Source: Gekko japonicus
Lineage: Eukaryota
NCBI RefSeq assembly: GCF_001447785.1
Contig: NW_015174861.1
Span: 548,136-612,135 of the forward strand
Direction: 5' to 3'
DNA: 64,000 nt
Position numbers and translations under genes: made by a program. Every line of letters begins with the position of its first letter. Position 1 is the stretch's first letter. The notes beneath the pieces are model-generated. The model ran no database searches and was not told the DNA's origin. It was given only the letters and a program-made list of their open reading frames with translations. Below, piece after piece: positions 47,885-61,175 of the stretch.

Positions 47885-48204
47885 CTATAGTGTAACATGT
47901 TTGTTGGAGAAACATACAGGAATTGGGGAAATTGAATGATTATCAAGCTGTGATAGCTGCTGCATCCACATTCCCTTTTCTTCTACAGATTGCCTAATTT
48001 TCCAAAAGGGAGGCAATGGGTTCTTTGGCAGTGATGGGGGTAACCCTTTGCAGACACCAAAATTCTGCAACAATATTTTCTAGTTGCAAACTGTGTGGAT
48101 CTGATGCACAGGACCATACCCTGCTAGTATTTTTGCACACAATAGCATCTTCTTTAGCATTTCCATAATTATAATATTACCATACTTTCTTTTTCCTTTT
48201 GAAG

Positions 48205-48359
48205 ATCTGTGGTTGGCCTACATCAGAGAAGAGCTGAGTTCCCAAGGCAAACCTGAGAACTGTGGCACTATTTACTGGAGAGCTATGAAAATGTTGCAAG
48301 GAGAACAAGTGGAAAATTTTATTTCAAAGTACACATTGCTGCAAACTGGACATCTGTGA
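48205..48359 (+). CDS. UTP6: UTP6 exon 19 (last coding exon, TGA at 48357-48359)
   Basis: ttgaag|(D)LWLAYIREELSSQGKPENCGTIYWRAMKMLQGEQVENFISKYTLLQTGHL*. Exon lengths sum to 1791 nt, i.e. 596 aa plus stop. Confidence 0.97.
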
Positions 48360-48699
48360 AAAATGTAGTTGCATCTGTGTCTTGGAGGACAAGCATTGAA
48401 GGACTAAATTATTCTATATTTCATACTCCCCACCCACCCCCAAGCAAAAATATCTGTTTCTGGTCTTGTAGATTTATGTGCATTGGTGATTTTTCATTGG
48501 ATCAACACTTATATTCAACATGGCGTACTGAATATCCAGTGGCTTGAATGCAGCAACCTAATGACATTGGCAGGGTGTATGTGGAAGAAAATTATTTCAT
48601 CTTGGCATAGAACTGTATGGCGTTCAGCCCTATACATCGAGGGATGCAAAAAAGTTGGTACACTTGACTGTACCAACCATTTTGAGAAGAGTGCCAAAT

Positions 48700-49580
48700 G
48701 TCTCATGGCCAGATCTCAGTTCAGAGGGCATGGGAACACATCTGGAAACAAATACTTCTTCAGCTGTCATGAGTGTTAGGCTGTACAGGGCCTTACAAGC
48801 TAAAAACAGCACGGTTAATCTAGTCCGTGAACTAATGGGCAATCATTTAAATAGTCTGAAAACAAGCATAATGTGCTACCTGTGGTCAACCTTGTGCCTC
48901 AGGCTGACTGTTGTGTTTTGAATCGATGGAAGTTGCCCATCAGTCTCCAGGGGAACCCCATAGAAAGTGCATTTTAATAATCAAGCTGAGGTTGCAGGGG
49001 CAAATGGGGGCAAGTGTGTATTTCTAGGACAGGATTCAGCTGGTACATCAGCTGAAGCTGGAGAAAAGCTGCTACCTATGAATCCAGGACTAGGAAGCTG
49101 TTCCTTTGGTGGGGATGATAACTCTATTCAGAAAAGGCTAGATAAGGGGTTGGGATGTCCTCCTGAATATCATACCAGGGTGGTCCACGATCCCTTTTTA
49201 CAGTTGATCTTGGAATTGTAAAAAAAGTTTTCAGTAATTCCAGTAACTGGGAAAATTTTTAAGAGTACTATCTATAGGTCCTGAAATAATCCTATTCCTT
49301 AGTCAACATCGGAAAGTTCAACATTAACTGGAGTTGTTGAGCCAATTTTGGGGACCATTTCCTGGCCCTAAGATTGGGAATACATCCTTTCATAACATTT
49401 GTAATGGACCAATGAGCAGAACTGTGTAACACCTAATCCATACAATCTCTGCAGAAGGAGGGCATGGTACTGAAGTTCAGGAGCATCAGCCAGCAAGATA
49501 ATGGCTGTTTCAGTCCCAAACTCTGGCTAGTGACTGTAATGAAATTGACCCAGATAACCTCCTTCAGCCAGAAGTATCTG
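48700..49580 (-). mobile_element. Ancient L2 LINE RT fragments downstream of the UTP6 stop
   Basis: Minus-strand remnants PEFGTETAIILLAD...HALLLQRLYGLGV and LPISSRTRLTVLFLACKALYSL resemble L2 RT motifs. Confidence 0.6.
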
Positions 49581-49654
49581 AATGGTGGCAGGACATAAGT
49601 ACTGCTTGGAAAGGGTGTCCAGGTCTGAAATGTATTTGAAGTATAAATGCAGAA

Positions 49655-51290
49655 CTACCAGTTATTCTCAAAAGTTTCTTCTTTTTTGTCTTGTAGTTGT
49701 AAAGTCAAATTGTCCATTTCTGCTGCTTCTAAGAGTTTATAAATCATTTCTTCTTTTGTTGGGTTTTCTTCTTTTTTCCAATACTTGGCAGACAGTATCC
49801 TAGCTGTTGTTACAACATGTATAATCATATAAACATCTGCTTTCTTGTAATTTTGTGGTACAATATTTAATAAAAATAATTCTGGAATAAATGGCAAACT
49901 TGTATCTAATTTTTTTTTGGCAATATCTCATGTATCCAAATCCAATACTTTTTAGCAACCTTACATGTCCACCAACGCTATGCTTACATTTCCAACATAC
50001 ATTCAACATGTTTGGATACCATTTTGCTAGATTTTCAGGTGTCATATGCCATCTATTAAACATTTTATATATGTTCTCTTTGAATGTAGTAGCTTTTGTA
50101 ATTTTCATATTTATCTTCCATACCTTAGACCATTGCTCTAATTGTATGTTGTGACCTAAGTTTTGTGCTCACTTAACCATTGATTCTTTAACTATCTCAT
50201 CTTGCATTTTCATATCTAATAGCAAAGTATAAAAACGTTTTATATATTTCCCATCAAAGCACAACAAAATTTTATCTAGTTCAGAAGGTATATCGCAAAA
50301 CCCTGTGGATTTATCCTTTACATATCTAGAATTCAGTTGTGCTCTTTCCCACCAATTTAAGTTAATGTCTTTTTTATTTAGGTTATCTTGCTGTAATAGT
50401 TTATTCCGGTTATCTAGGAGGTCTTCATACCTCCATAGTAATTCTTGCGTAAATATCGAAGGGTTTGTAAAGGCCTCTAGTGGTGAAACCCAGTTTGGAA
50501 TTTGAGTATAATACCTCTTCTGGATCTCTTCCCAAATCTTTAGTAATGATGCTCTTATCATATGTTGTTTGAAGTATTTATGGTTTTCACTTTCGGTACC
50601 AGACAAAAGCATGCCATCCTAGCATTAAATCATGTCCTCCTAACTTTAATAATCTTGAGTTTTCCAATGTAACCCATTCTTTCAGCCATGTCAGGGCTGC
50701 TGCTTTATAGTATAACTGCCAATCTGATAGTGCGAAGCCTCCTCTATCTTTTGTGTCTTGCAAGGCTTTCAATTTAATTCTAGGTTTTCTGCCTTGCCAA
50801 ATAAATTGTCTCACAAGCTTATCCATTACTTTTTAAAACTTTCGATTTCTTAAAATTGGTATTGTTTGGAATAGGAATATCAGTCTCAGTAGTATATTCA
50901 TCTTCACAGTAGCAATTCTTCCCATAAATGACAACTGTAAATGTTTCCAGCTTTCTAAATCTTTTTTTATGGTTGATAGCAGTTTCATATAGTTGTCTTT
51001 TAACAAAGAGCTGCATCTGTTAGAATTATTCCTAAATATTTTATTTTCTTCTGCACTTCCATCCCCGAGTGTTCTTGTAGACTCTGTATCTGTTCTGTGG
51101 CACAATTCTTTGTTAATATTTTTGTTTTCCTGAAATTAATTTTAAACCTGCAACTTGTCCATATTCTCTTATCAAGTCCAAGAGTTGAGTACTAGATGAT
51201 TGTGGATACCAAGTCATCTGCAAATGCTTGTAGCGTATACTCTTCGCCTTTAATTTTAAGTCCTTTAATTGCTGTACTAGTTCTTATAAA
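49655..51290 (-). mobile_element. L1-clade LINE ORF2 fragment (frameshifted)
   Basis: RT motif IKGLKIKGEEYTLQAFADDL, then LSFMGRIATVKMNIL, FIWQGRKPRIK...RGGFAL, and C-terminal RWHMTP...CWKC, in broken frames. Confidence 0.92.
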
Positions 51291-51532
51291 GCCAGAAAAT
51301 CTTGAATGTCTCACCATTAGCCCCACTAAGATTTGTAGATTGCTTCGGGGAGGGGGTATGGGCCAGCCTTGGTTGAGAATGGTTAGAGCAGTAATTCTAT
51401 TTCATGTTGAATATCACAGTTGCTGTCTTAATAGCAAGCCTTGGAATGCCTTCTAGTAACAAAAGGTTTTCTTCTTGAATCACTAAGCCATGCAACAAAT
51501 ATGATCAGAATTATTATTAAAATTGTTACAGT

Positions 51533-51732
51533 GCCAGTGTAGTGGTTAGAATGTCACACTAGGACCTGGGAGACTCAATATTGAATCCCCAAACTGCTAT
51601 GGAAGCTTGCAGAGAGACATTGAGCCTGCCACTCTCACACTAACCTACCTCAAAGGGTTGTTGTGAGGATAAGATTAAGAGGAGAACAATGAAAAACACT
51701 TTGAAAGGTGGGGTATAATTTAAGTAAATAAA
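51533..51732 (+). mobile_element. tRNA-derived SINE (older Squam3/MIR-like)
   Basis: gtgtagtggttaga...ctaacctacctcaaagggttgttgtgaggat. Confidence 0.7.
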
Positions 51733-52498
51733 ACTATCACATTCACATAACTAGCTTCAGTTTTTCCAGTGGTGCCAAAAAGGAATTTTCTCTGCAGGAT
51801 CATCATGATTTCCAGTCCATTACATCACTCAAGCCAATGTTGTTACCTGCAAATAAGAACTAATCATTTTTATGGGTAGCAAGGGAAGATTAAAGTCTCA
51901 GCTCAAAGCACACCTGATTATAAGCATTTGGTTTTTAAATGGAATGGCTCTAAAGGTTTGCCTGGCATATAATCCTGAGCAATGTATTATATGCAGTGTA
52001 TTGCATTTCTAATTAACAGAGTGGTAGCAGATAATGTAGAACTCCAAATACAAATGGGAAATTCAAGCTTGACTCTCAGAGTGGACAGATAGTACAAAAT
52101 AACATAATATATACAAATGCACAATCACATGGGCAGACATGCCGAGATTTCCCCAAGCATCTCTATCAGCCAGCCATTAACAGCGCCAAACTAAGCAGGG
52201 TTATACCATCCTAAACCCCCTTGAGTTCAACAGAAGGATTTAACTCTGTTTAGGATTGCACCATTTGTCATGTTTGTTTGCCACTGATTGCCTTCAAGCT
52301 GGTTTCTGGGGGATTCTGGTCTCACCCTCAGCTCCATAGCTGTCTGTCCTTTCCTACGTTTTTGACAGCTCTGTTAGCCACTATAAATTTTGCAGTGTAA
52401 AGTGAAACCTTAGACTGGATATGAGGAATTAATATGGAGTTTTCCAAAGGCTGCTTCCATCTTTCTCCTCCAAGGAGCTCAAAGCAGTGTACACTCAT

Positions 52499-52698
52499 GT
52501 AGTTACCAGCCTCAAGGGAGGGCCTGGAGTTCTCCTGGAAATACAAGTGATCTCCCGTATGGCGGAGATCAGTTCCCCCTGACAAAAAGGCAGTATCAGA
52601 GGATAGACTCTATGGCATCATATCCCCACTGAGCTCCCTCCCCGGGCACCCCCCCCCCAAATCTCTAGGATTTTCCCAAACCAGAATTGGTAACCCTA
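52499..52698 (+). mobile_element. MITE (TAGGGTTGCCA-TIR family), degenerate
   Basis: Interior shared with 19488-19700; ends ttggtaacccta. Confidence 0.7.
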
Positions 52699-53410
52699 CT
52701 TGCTAATTTTATTCTTGCAGGAACCTTATGAAGTAGATGAGGTTGAGAGATAGCGACTGGCCCAACGTCACCCATGCTGGAGTGAGCAACCCTGACTCAG
52801 CTTGCCTGCACGTTGGGGGGGTGCTATATCACTCTTAGTATGTATAGTTGTTATCTCCTTGAATGGGATGCCTCTCTTTGTCTTAGCCTGGGAGCTGCCC
52901 TCTGATCCCTTCTCTGGCTTTGCCCTCTCACTGGCTTCAATTGTCCTTCCATGGAGACACATGTCTCTGCAGGTCTCTCCTGTAGAAACAGTGCCCTCAT
53001 GCTCCCACACATGTGATGCCGGACTAGCTGGCCATTTGTGATAGGGAAAGTACCGTACTCTTTAGAGTAGGCTTCTCTCTACTTTTGACTGCAACCTGAA
53101 TAAGAACTGGATCTACTTGAATAAATGTAAGCTTACCTTTTTTGCGATATACTTCTCGGGAGAGTCATTTACTGCACTCAGTATCACACTTCTATGACTC
53201 TGCAAACCTCTGCTATATTAACCAAATATCTCAATAACCCAATGAGTTTCATGATAAGAGCAGGGATTTGAAGGTAGGGCTCCTGGATGCTAGTCTGACA
53301 CTCTGTTATATCGTATTGGTGATTCTATGTCATTTTACTCATGATCACTTCCGTACATTTCTCCTTCTGTATTTGATATTTACTCATTATCCAAATTAGC
53401 TGTGTTCACA

Positions 53411-53754
53411 GGTAAAGGTTCCCTTGCTCGAAAGCCAGTCGAGTCCGACTCTAGGGTTGCGGTGCTCAGCTCCGTTTCAAAGCCAAAGAGCCAGCGCTGT
53501 CCGAAGACGTTTCCGTGGTCATGTGGCCGGCATGACTAAACACCAAGGTGCACGGAACGCTGTTACCCTCCCACCGAAGTGGTACCTATTTATCTACTTG
53601 CAATTTCTTGCTTTCGAACTGCTAGGTTGGCAGGAGCTGGAACTAGAGACGGGAGCTCACTCCGTCATGCGGCAACTCGGATCTCGAACTGCTGAACTAC
53701 TGACCTTCCACAGCCTGCAGTTCAGCATCTTAACCACTTGAGCCACCACAGCTC
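53411..53754 (-). mobile_element. Full-length Sauria SINE
   Basis: Near-identical reverse complement of 27277-27630; TSD GTGTTCACA at 53402-53410 and 53757-53765. Confidence 0.95.
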
Positions 53755-54237
53755 AAGTGTTCACAAGGTTTGGTTAAATTCAGAATACTGAAAAGTGTCC
53801 CATACACTACAAGCCACACCTGTTTATCAGTTACAACTCTGTCTTCTACCACATAATTCCAAAAGGACTGTCTTGTCTCTTCTTCGTGCGCAGAAAACAT
53901 TTGACAGGAGACAGAAAACAAGGCATCCGGTTGTCTTTCAATACACTACTTATTTTACTTGGTCATATCTTAACAGGAGGCCTGGATTGTTCCCCCCTCC
54001 TCCCATCCTGGTATTGGATTTTTCTGGCTCATGAGCTACTGATTAAGTAATCTACACAGATTCTGACAGGCAAAACTGTAGTAGTATAGTCTTCAAATCT
54101 AGAAACAACAAAAAAAAGTGGACTTTGTCCCTTTCATTGTTAAAACTCTAAGATTTTCTCCTGTCAGATGGGGATGTGTAAAGATATTTTGTGAAAAGCT
54201 GTATGGCCATACTGTTACAAAATGGCCTAATGATGTT

Positions 54238-54521
54238 TAGCATTGCCACCCTCCAGGTGGCACCTGGAGATCTCATAGAATCATAGAATCACAGAGGTGG
54301 AAGGGGCCATGCAGGCCATCAACCCCCTCCCCATTACAGGATCAGCCACTATTACAGTTGATCTCCAGACAACCAGGATCCCCCAGAGAAAATGGCTGCT
54401 TTGGAGGGTGGACTGTATGGCATTATAACCTGCTGAGCTTTCCCCCTCCTTAAATCCCACCCTCCCCAGGCTCCACCCCCAAAATCTCCAGGTATTGCAC
54501 AACCCAGAGCCGGCAACCCTA
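54238..54521 (+). mobile_element. TAGGGTTGCCA-family MITE containing an inserted CR1 3' end (~54273-54345, minus strand)
   Basis: tagcattgcca...cggcaacccta termini; internal tcatagaatcatagaatc is the reverse of the CR1 (ATTCTATG)n tail. Confidence 0.75.
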
Positions 54522-54715
54522 TATTCCTGAAAGATTATCATGAAAATAGGTGCTTGTTTATTAAGGTAGACAAGATTGCTGAATGTGCGCAGCAGCCATT
54601 TGGGTTTTGGACTTGGGGAGGGGACCAGGCTGATTTTGCAGTGAATTTGGAGCAATTAGGATGCATATTTCTGCAGGCACCCACAAACACACAATCCACA
54701 ACTGCCTAGTAGAGA

Positions 54716-54918
54716 ACGAGTGTGGTGTAATGGTCAGACTAGGATCTGGGAGACCCAGGTTCAAATCCTCACTCTATCATGGAAATTTGCTGGGTGACTG
54801 TAGGCCACTCACACACTCTTAGCCTAAACTGTCTCACAGGGTTGTTAAGATGATATAATAGAGCAGAGGAGAACAACACCAGCCACTTTCTGTTGGGGAG
54901 AAAGGTGGGATATAAATG
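54716..54918 (+). mobile_element. tRNA-derived SINE (older Squam3/MIR-like)
   Basis: gtggtgtaatggtcaga...ccaggttcaaatcctcactc...gaaaggtgggatataaat. Confidence 0.75.
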
Positions 54919-55179
54919 AAGACAAGAAATTTTAAAAGTCAAGTTATTCATTTCAAAACAATCCAGAAACACCAGCAGTTTTCATTCTTCTCTCTTCAAA
55001 ATAACATTTGCCCTGTAAACTTCGTTGCTTAGAGCTTCACATTACTCTGGGAAGAAAGGGTACAGGAAAATACATATGACTAGGAATAAGGCCTGTTGTG
55101 GAAATAAATACAAGCTCTAGAAGGAGGCGCTGGGCAGGCGCCATGGCCTTGGGCACTCAGCGTCAATTTGCTGTGGTGA

Positions 55180-55835
55180 CCTCAGCAGGGTATAATGACA
55201 CCGAGCTTACCATTTTCTCCAGGGGAACTGATCTCTGCCATCTGAAGAGCAGTTGTAATTCTGAGTGATCTCCAGCTCTCTCCTGGCAGGTTAGGCTGAA
55301 AGTCTGTGAGTGGTCTGAAATCACCCAATCAGCTTCCACAGGAAGAACGTGGGTCTGGAAGACCCTGCTCTGAAGCGCTAACTACTACCTCACACTGGCT
55401 GTCTTGGGGGGGGGGGCACCTCAGTAGAGTATAATGACACAGAGCCCACCATTTTCTCCAGGAGAACTGATCTTTGCCATCTGGAGAGCAGTTGTAATTG
55501 AGTCATCTCCAGCCCTCACCTGGAGATTGGCTACAATGGTCCCCCAGGAGAAAATGGCTGGTTTGGAGGGTGGAGTCTATGGCATTGTGCCTGTTTGATA
55601 TCCCACCCCTCCTCAGACCCTACCCACTTCAGGCTACACCCCTAAAATCTCTTGGAATTCCCCAACCTGGAGGTGGCAACCCAATCTCCTTCCCAACCAA
55701 CCACCAACCTACCATTATCTGCCCTTCTGACTTCCCCCCCCAGCCTCTGCCTAGGAAAACTAATCTTTCTCTGCAGGACCCAAGCAGGAGGGAAGCAACC
55801 TCAGCAGGGTATCACTATACAGAGTCCACCCTGCA
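55180..55835. repeat. Cluster of rearranged TAGGGTTGCCA-family MITE pieces
   Basis: cctcagyagrgtat motif occurs three times (55180, 55418, 55798); minus and plus MITE halves abut near 55535. Confidence 0.65.
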
Positions 55836-55942
55836 GAGCACATACATATGAGATTCAGCATCTAGGAGCTTTGCAATCTTTTCTGGTACTTGCCGTACCA
55901 ATGGAGGCACATCCAGTGCAAATGTTGTGATATAGCTGGCAC

Positions 55943-56148
55943 CAATGTTCCCTCTAAGTGGTAGAGTCTTGTGAGCAGAAATTCTACTTTGTGAGCTACT
56001 GGCATTAAAGTTGTGAGCGAGCGATTTGGCTACTGCATAAATTAGTTTGCTCTGGAGCCATTCTTCCTGAGCTAAGACAAAAATGTGTGAGTTGGAGGCT
56101 AAAAAATTGTGAGCTAGCTCACACTAACTCAGCTTAGATGGAACACTG
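55943..56148. mobile_element. hAT MITE
   Basis: TIRs CAATGTTCCCTCTAAG / CTTAGATGGAACACTG; TSD GCTGGCAC / GTTGGCAC (7 of 8 match). Confidence 0.88.
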
Positions 56149-56659
56149 GTTGGCACACAGCATTGCCTACACTATAGCTTGCCTTGCTGCAACTTGTCCC
56201 TGAGACATCCCTTCCTTTTCAGGATATAATGTTGCATCAGGAATAGACTGAAGTCATAAAGAATTATGAGTTTGAAGAGACCTTGGACATCACCTACTCC
56301 GGCCCCCTACAGAGTCCAATGGCTGGAATCATATGCACCCTGCGGGGTTAGTACCACTGAACTCAACGGGAATAAAGGCTGCTCTAACACATTCAACTGT
56401 GAGGGATGGTAGAGCAGAGGGACTTGCCGAAGGAAGCAATTACACTTTTCAGAATTTCTCTATCTTAATCATCCCCTGCAAATGGTAAACAAGCACAGCA
56501 TGCTAAAAGCTCAACGGCATTTTTTCCCTCCCGTCTGTGCGTGCTTAACAAGCAGGAACTTTGAGATGGGAAAGCATATATATTTTTTAATGTGGCCTTT
56601 CCACCTGCAGTCTGTCTGTCTGAAGTGTGGTGCAGCTAATTTTACCACCTCAGAATGCC

Positions 56660-57200
56660 ATCGCCTTTTTGCATTGCGCATGTGGGCAATGCCTCACTTC
56701 CAAACAAGTATATAAATCACCCGTCTCTCCCATAACAAGGGGCAGCCCACGGGCTAACCAACAGCGCGTCCCCTTGCAGAGAAGCTGCACGAGTCCTCAG
56801 ACAAATGCCGCGTTCTTCCTCCCCAGGCGCTGATTGGCTGGCTCCGGCACAGCGGCTCGTCGGCTGAGCACGTGACGCGTGTGGTAGCCTGGCCGGCGGC
56901 GCTGTAGCCGAGGTCTGAAGAGGGGGCTAAGGGGAGTCTCTGCTGTCCGGGCATGGAGGCGACCGGACAGCAGGATCCCCCAGGGGATATCCCAGGCCAG
57001 AGGGTGAGGAAAGAGGCAGCGGGTGGAGGGATCCCGTAGAGTGTGTGGGTGTGTGGGGCTCGGAACAGCCTGTGGTTTGAGGCAAAACGAAATGGGAGTG
57101 AGTGCAGTGCGGCGGTGTAAATACTTAAACAATCTTTATTCCAGCGCTCACTTCGTCACGTCAGGTGCTTTGTGTGCTTGAGTATCTCAGGTGTGAAGCA
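56660..57200 (+). promoter_or_regulatory. COPRS CpG island and promoter
   Basis: CpG-rich. NRF1-like TGCGCATGTG near 56675, reverse CCAAT box TGATTGGCT at 56831, E-box CACGTGAC at 56869-56876, CRE/E-box-like CGTCACGTCA near 57154. Confidence 0.75.
56953..57003 (+). CDS. COPRS: COPRS (coordinator of PRMT5) exon 1
   Basis: Good Kozak context GGCATGG in a CpG island; MEATGQQDPPGDIPGQR|gtgagg; phase 0 fits the next exon. Confidence 0.75.
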
Positions 57201-59413
57201 GCTGCCACCCTGAGTAGGTTTACTTGGAAGTAAGGACATCTTTTTTTTTTTTAAAGAACACGTACAGCAAGTTTGTTTTCAAATCGTTCCTCGCTTCGTC
57301 TTGAGCTCGGAGGGCTCTCATTCCCACGGGTTCCTAAGGTCCTTGTCTGCTTCAGCGTTGAGTGGCACGGGGTAGAATTTGAATGGCTGGTGTCTCGGTT
57401 GACCCCCCCCCCCCCCCCCCGGGGGGGCCCCCCCCGCAGGGATATGGTGAATTTTAAGGTGTTTTCGTAAAGATGAATGCAAACAAAGGCTAATGAGGCT
57501 ACCGTACGATTCTGGAATACACATTCTCCCTCCCCGCGCGATGAAACATGTTGGTAAAAAAATAAAATCAAATTCAGTGTAGCCTCAAACGTGCGTCTGG
57601 AATAGCTCTGTTATGGGGTTGGTGCTTGCCTGTGGGCTAGATTAAATCTGTGTCCTCCAGATCTAGCAGTGAGCAATTGGAAGAAACTTGCATTATTATA
57701 TGGAGCCTGCAGTCAAGTAATACTGCAGTATTGGAAGTAAATCTGTTGAAACTCGGTGGGACTTGCTTCTTAGAAAACATGCATAGGATTATGATTTAAA
57801 TCTTTGCCCTTTTTTCTGAAAAGAGGAAAGAATGATACGGAAAACAAACATAATATTCCTGAAACAATGGGCAATTCCAGTAGGTAGCTGTATTGCTTCC
57901 CAGGCTGATTCATGATACAGAAAGCAGCTGAAAACATACTCTTAATTGCTTAAGGCAGAGGTCTGATGAGGACCCCTAGAAAATCTCTTATAGGGACCTG
58001 GTGCATTGCAGAGGAGTCTGAAGTATGTTGTAGGATGTGTACTGTGCATGTGCAGGGCACCTACTCCTTGAGCCTCATACACATAAACTGAAAGTGCACT
58101 CCAGAATACACCTGACACTATTGCTGTGCACATTGCACCACAATACTGGTAGAGACAAAGGTGGTTGTAAAAATATGTTATTTTGCCATCAGTTTGAAGC
58201 CCTTGATTTAACTTACAAGGAACCCCAGTATGAAAATCACTGCTGGAAAGCTTTGTAGAAGAATAGTTCTTAAAGAGTAAACCACATGTTTCTAAGAGGT
58301 CTCAATCCATGATTTCACATAAAGGGAAGGTTGATACTGAAACTACTCTTGAGGTTTTTAAAAATCTAACTCCAGGTGTTTTATTAAGCTGTCTTTCAGT
58401 AACTTTTTCTGTGGAACAATATTAGATACATTAATACAGGAGTTAGAGTAAACCAATAACAGTTTTGAACAGCAGTGGCAAAGTTGCAACATTCAGCAAT
58501 CAACAACTATTCTGTATAGGATGGTTTTCAAAAGCCCCCAACCGCCAGCTCTTATCTTAACCACAGTGACCATAGAAGACCATAGAACACTTTTATATTC
58601 CTGACTGCCTTTTGCAGATTTTAAGAACAGTTCCCCCTTTATATTTTGCATGCCATTTTCAAATGCCTTCTTCCTAGATGACGTTTTCAAAACCTGTCTT
58701 TCTGTTTTATTTATTTTGAGCTGAATTGCATGAATCCATGTCTGATTTACTGTGATCTAATCAGCAAAATATTACATCACTTGATCACTTTTAAAATCTC
58801 AGTTTCTGGAGTTGCTTTATAGTTCCTAAACAAGCTGGACTTGCATGAAGTTCTTCTAAAATACCAAATGAAAATCACTAGCTCTTCTATAGTCTATATG
58901 TTATTGTACTACTGGCAGTGAAGCATCTGAATCAGATTAGCTTAAATTTATTCTATGGAACATTTGTGCTGTATAGTCTGTGGAATGAACGTGACAGAAT
59001 GTGTGCATTTCCACTCAGAAAAAGAAGGGAAAGCTGTCTTTGGGATCAAATATCACACAATCCCTGTGGACAGGAATGGCTTTGAAAGGCTGCCTGGGAA
59101 GAAATCACATAAGAAGTTCCCTTATGGATCAGACCAGTAGTGTGTCTGGTTCAGAATCCTTATCCTTGTGATGACCAACTGGTTGCCCTGGAGGGTCAAC
59201 AAATAAGGTATGAAGGTTAAAACCTTCCCCTGATGTTGTGCTGGTATACACAGCTTGGCTGCCTCTGTATATAGAGGTTCCCCTTGTAGTCACAGAAAGT
59301 AGGAAAACTAGGGCCTGGTAGCCCGGAAGCAAAGTGTGTGAAAGAAGTGTTTAAAGAAGGTAATCAGTTGAACAGTCAAGTCTGAACAACATGGCTGGAG
59401 TGTTTTTGGTATA

Positions 59414-59651
59414 GTTTGGTGTAATGGTTAAGAGCGGTGGACTCTAATTTGGAGAACCGGGTTTGATTCCCCACTCCTCCCCTTGCAGCTGCTGGATGAC
59501 CTTGGAGAAGCCATAGTTCTGTCAGAGCTGTTCTTGAAAGAGCTCTCTCAGCCCCACCTACCTCATAGGATGTCTGTTGTGGGGAGGGGAAGGCAATTGT
59601 AAGCCGCTCTGAGACTCCGAGTGAAGGGTGGGGTATAAATCCAACTCTTCT
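59414..59651 (+). mobile_element. Squam3-like SINE in COPRS intron 1
   Basis: Same family as 31232-31496. Confidence 0.9.
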
Positions 59652-60397
59652 TGTTTTGGATAAACCTGGGAAATCGTTGCTTTAGAGGTAAAGGCCTTTG
59701 GCATACTTCTAGTTTCTGAGCTTGAGGAAGCAAATATTCAATGCCCTTCTACTCCTGGCAATGAAAAGGTTCTCCTTTAAGGCAGGTCTTGAGAGTAGTA
59801 GGAGGTGAGTGACTGCATTTCCAAGCCCATGTTGGAAATCCTCTTCAGTCAGCAGTTTACTGAGTAGCTTATTAGGTCATGGTCATGACATTAACACAAA
59901 AATAAGCGAAAATTGGTCACATAACTCAATAGCATAAAAAGAGTGATATGATAACTAAAACCTCCGAAACATTGGAACTCCCTCCTCAGGGAGATTCGTT
60001 CCTGCCTTCCTCTGTTGTCGTCTTCCACCAGCAGGCAAAAGACTCTTTTTGTTTTGTTTTATGTTCCCCCAATAACTGTTACTGGCCCTCCTCCTTGGTT
60101 TTGGTGTTGTCTGTGTTTATATATTTCTATTGAATTGTTTTATGTATACTTTATATTTTAAATATTGTTTTGATGCTCACTGTCTTGGGGATCTTATTTG
60201 GGTGGAAAGGTGGTATGAATGTGGTTTTTTAAAAAATAATAATACAATTTACAATCCACAGCATAAACCTTCACTTCCTGTACTTTGCTTGTACTGTATG
60301 TTTAGGTTTTCTGAAGGTACAGTGTTAGAAATCAAGGTTCAGTCCCATATAATTCCTGTGAGGAGATATTACTTAAACAAGCATTTTTGCCCTGCAG

Positions 60398-60476
60398 ACA
60401 GAAGTTGACGCATCTGCTGCCACTGGACAGGGGGAAGTGGTGAAGAGGGTGACTTTCAATTGGAAACCTAGAAAAG
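60398..60476 (+). CDS. COPRS: COPRS exon 2
   Basis: ccctgcag|TEVDASAATGQGEVVKRVTFNWKPRK|gtattt. Open frame; phase 0 to 1 bridges exon 1 to the acidic exon. Confidence 0.75.
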
Positions 60477-61142
60477 GTATTTTATGATGAGTTGGCAATT
60501 TTTGCGATAGAAAAGAGTACATAACCATGGCAGAAGGATCCATAGCTCAGTAGATGAACAGATACTTTGTATATGTCTTGGATAAAATCCACCTATTGGG
60601 AAGCTGGGCTGAAAGATTTTTACAGTTCCTTCTATTGTAATGTAAAAGTGAGAATTGTGATACAGTAGCCAAAATAAATGCTATTCTAAAGAGAGAGAGA
60701 TGGCGTTTAATATATGACTGGTAACAATAATGCTCTTTTTAATAGTGTGTCATATCCCAAAAAAAATCAATTTTGGATTAAGTAGACATAAGGCCATATT
60801 TTCTTTAGAATTCTTGTAAATATAGACCACATAAATGGAGCAAGGAGGAGAGGGAAATAGATAATAATTTTTTTAAAAAACCCTACCCGTGGAGGGAAAG
60901 AATAGTGCATTGTAGAAGGTGCAGTATAGTAGTTTAATTATGTAATCAAGAATACAGGCAAGTAAAAATTTGGGTTATTTAAACAGATCTTACAGCGATG
61001 GATTTAGAAAACATACTAAGGAGATTAGAAGACTTGTAAATATTAATCCTTGAGAAAAGGAAGCTATCAGGTCTGGGTTTTTAATCTGTAAATATTTCTT
61101 ATGGTTGTATCAAAGAAGATGGAGAGCGATTGTTTTCTGCAG

Positions 61143-61175
61143 CTCATCTGGAGACACGAGGAAGTATCTTAACTG
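61143..61175 (+). CDS. COPRS: COPRS probable 33-nt in-frame exon
   Basis: ttgttttctgcag|CT CAT CTG GAG ACA CGA GGA AGT ATC TTA ACT G|gtaagt. Symmetric phase 1-1, no stop, followed by a 77-nt intron. Confidence 0.55.

Noticed and set aside
57962-57990. CTGATGAG...GAAA hammerhead-like words
   Set aside because: Stem II and stem I cannot be formed.
59019-59140. Possible COPRS exon after ccactcag
   Set aside because: No suitable donor before a stop codon, and 60398-60476 already bridges the phases.
60538-60580. tRNA-like A-box sequence, and similar SINE heads elsewhere
   Set aside because: No complete cloverleaf; these are decayed SINE heads.
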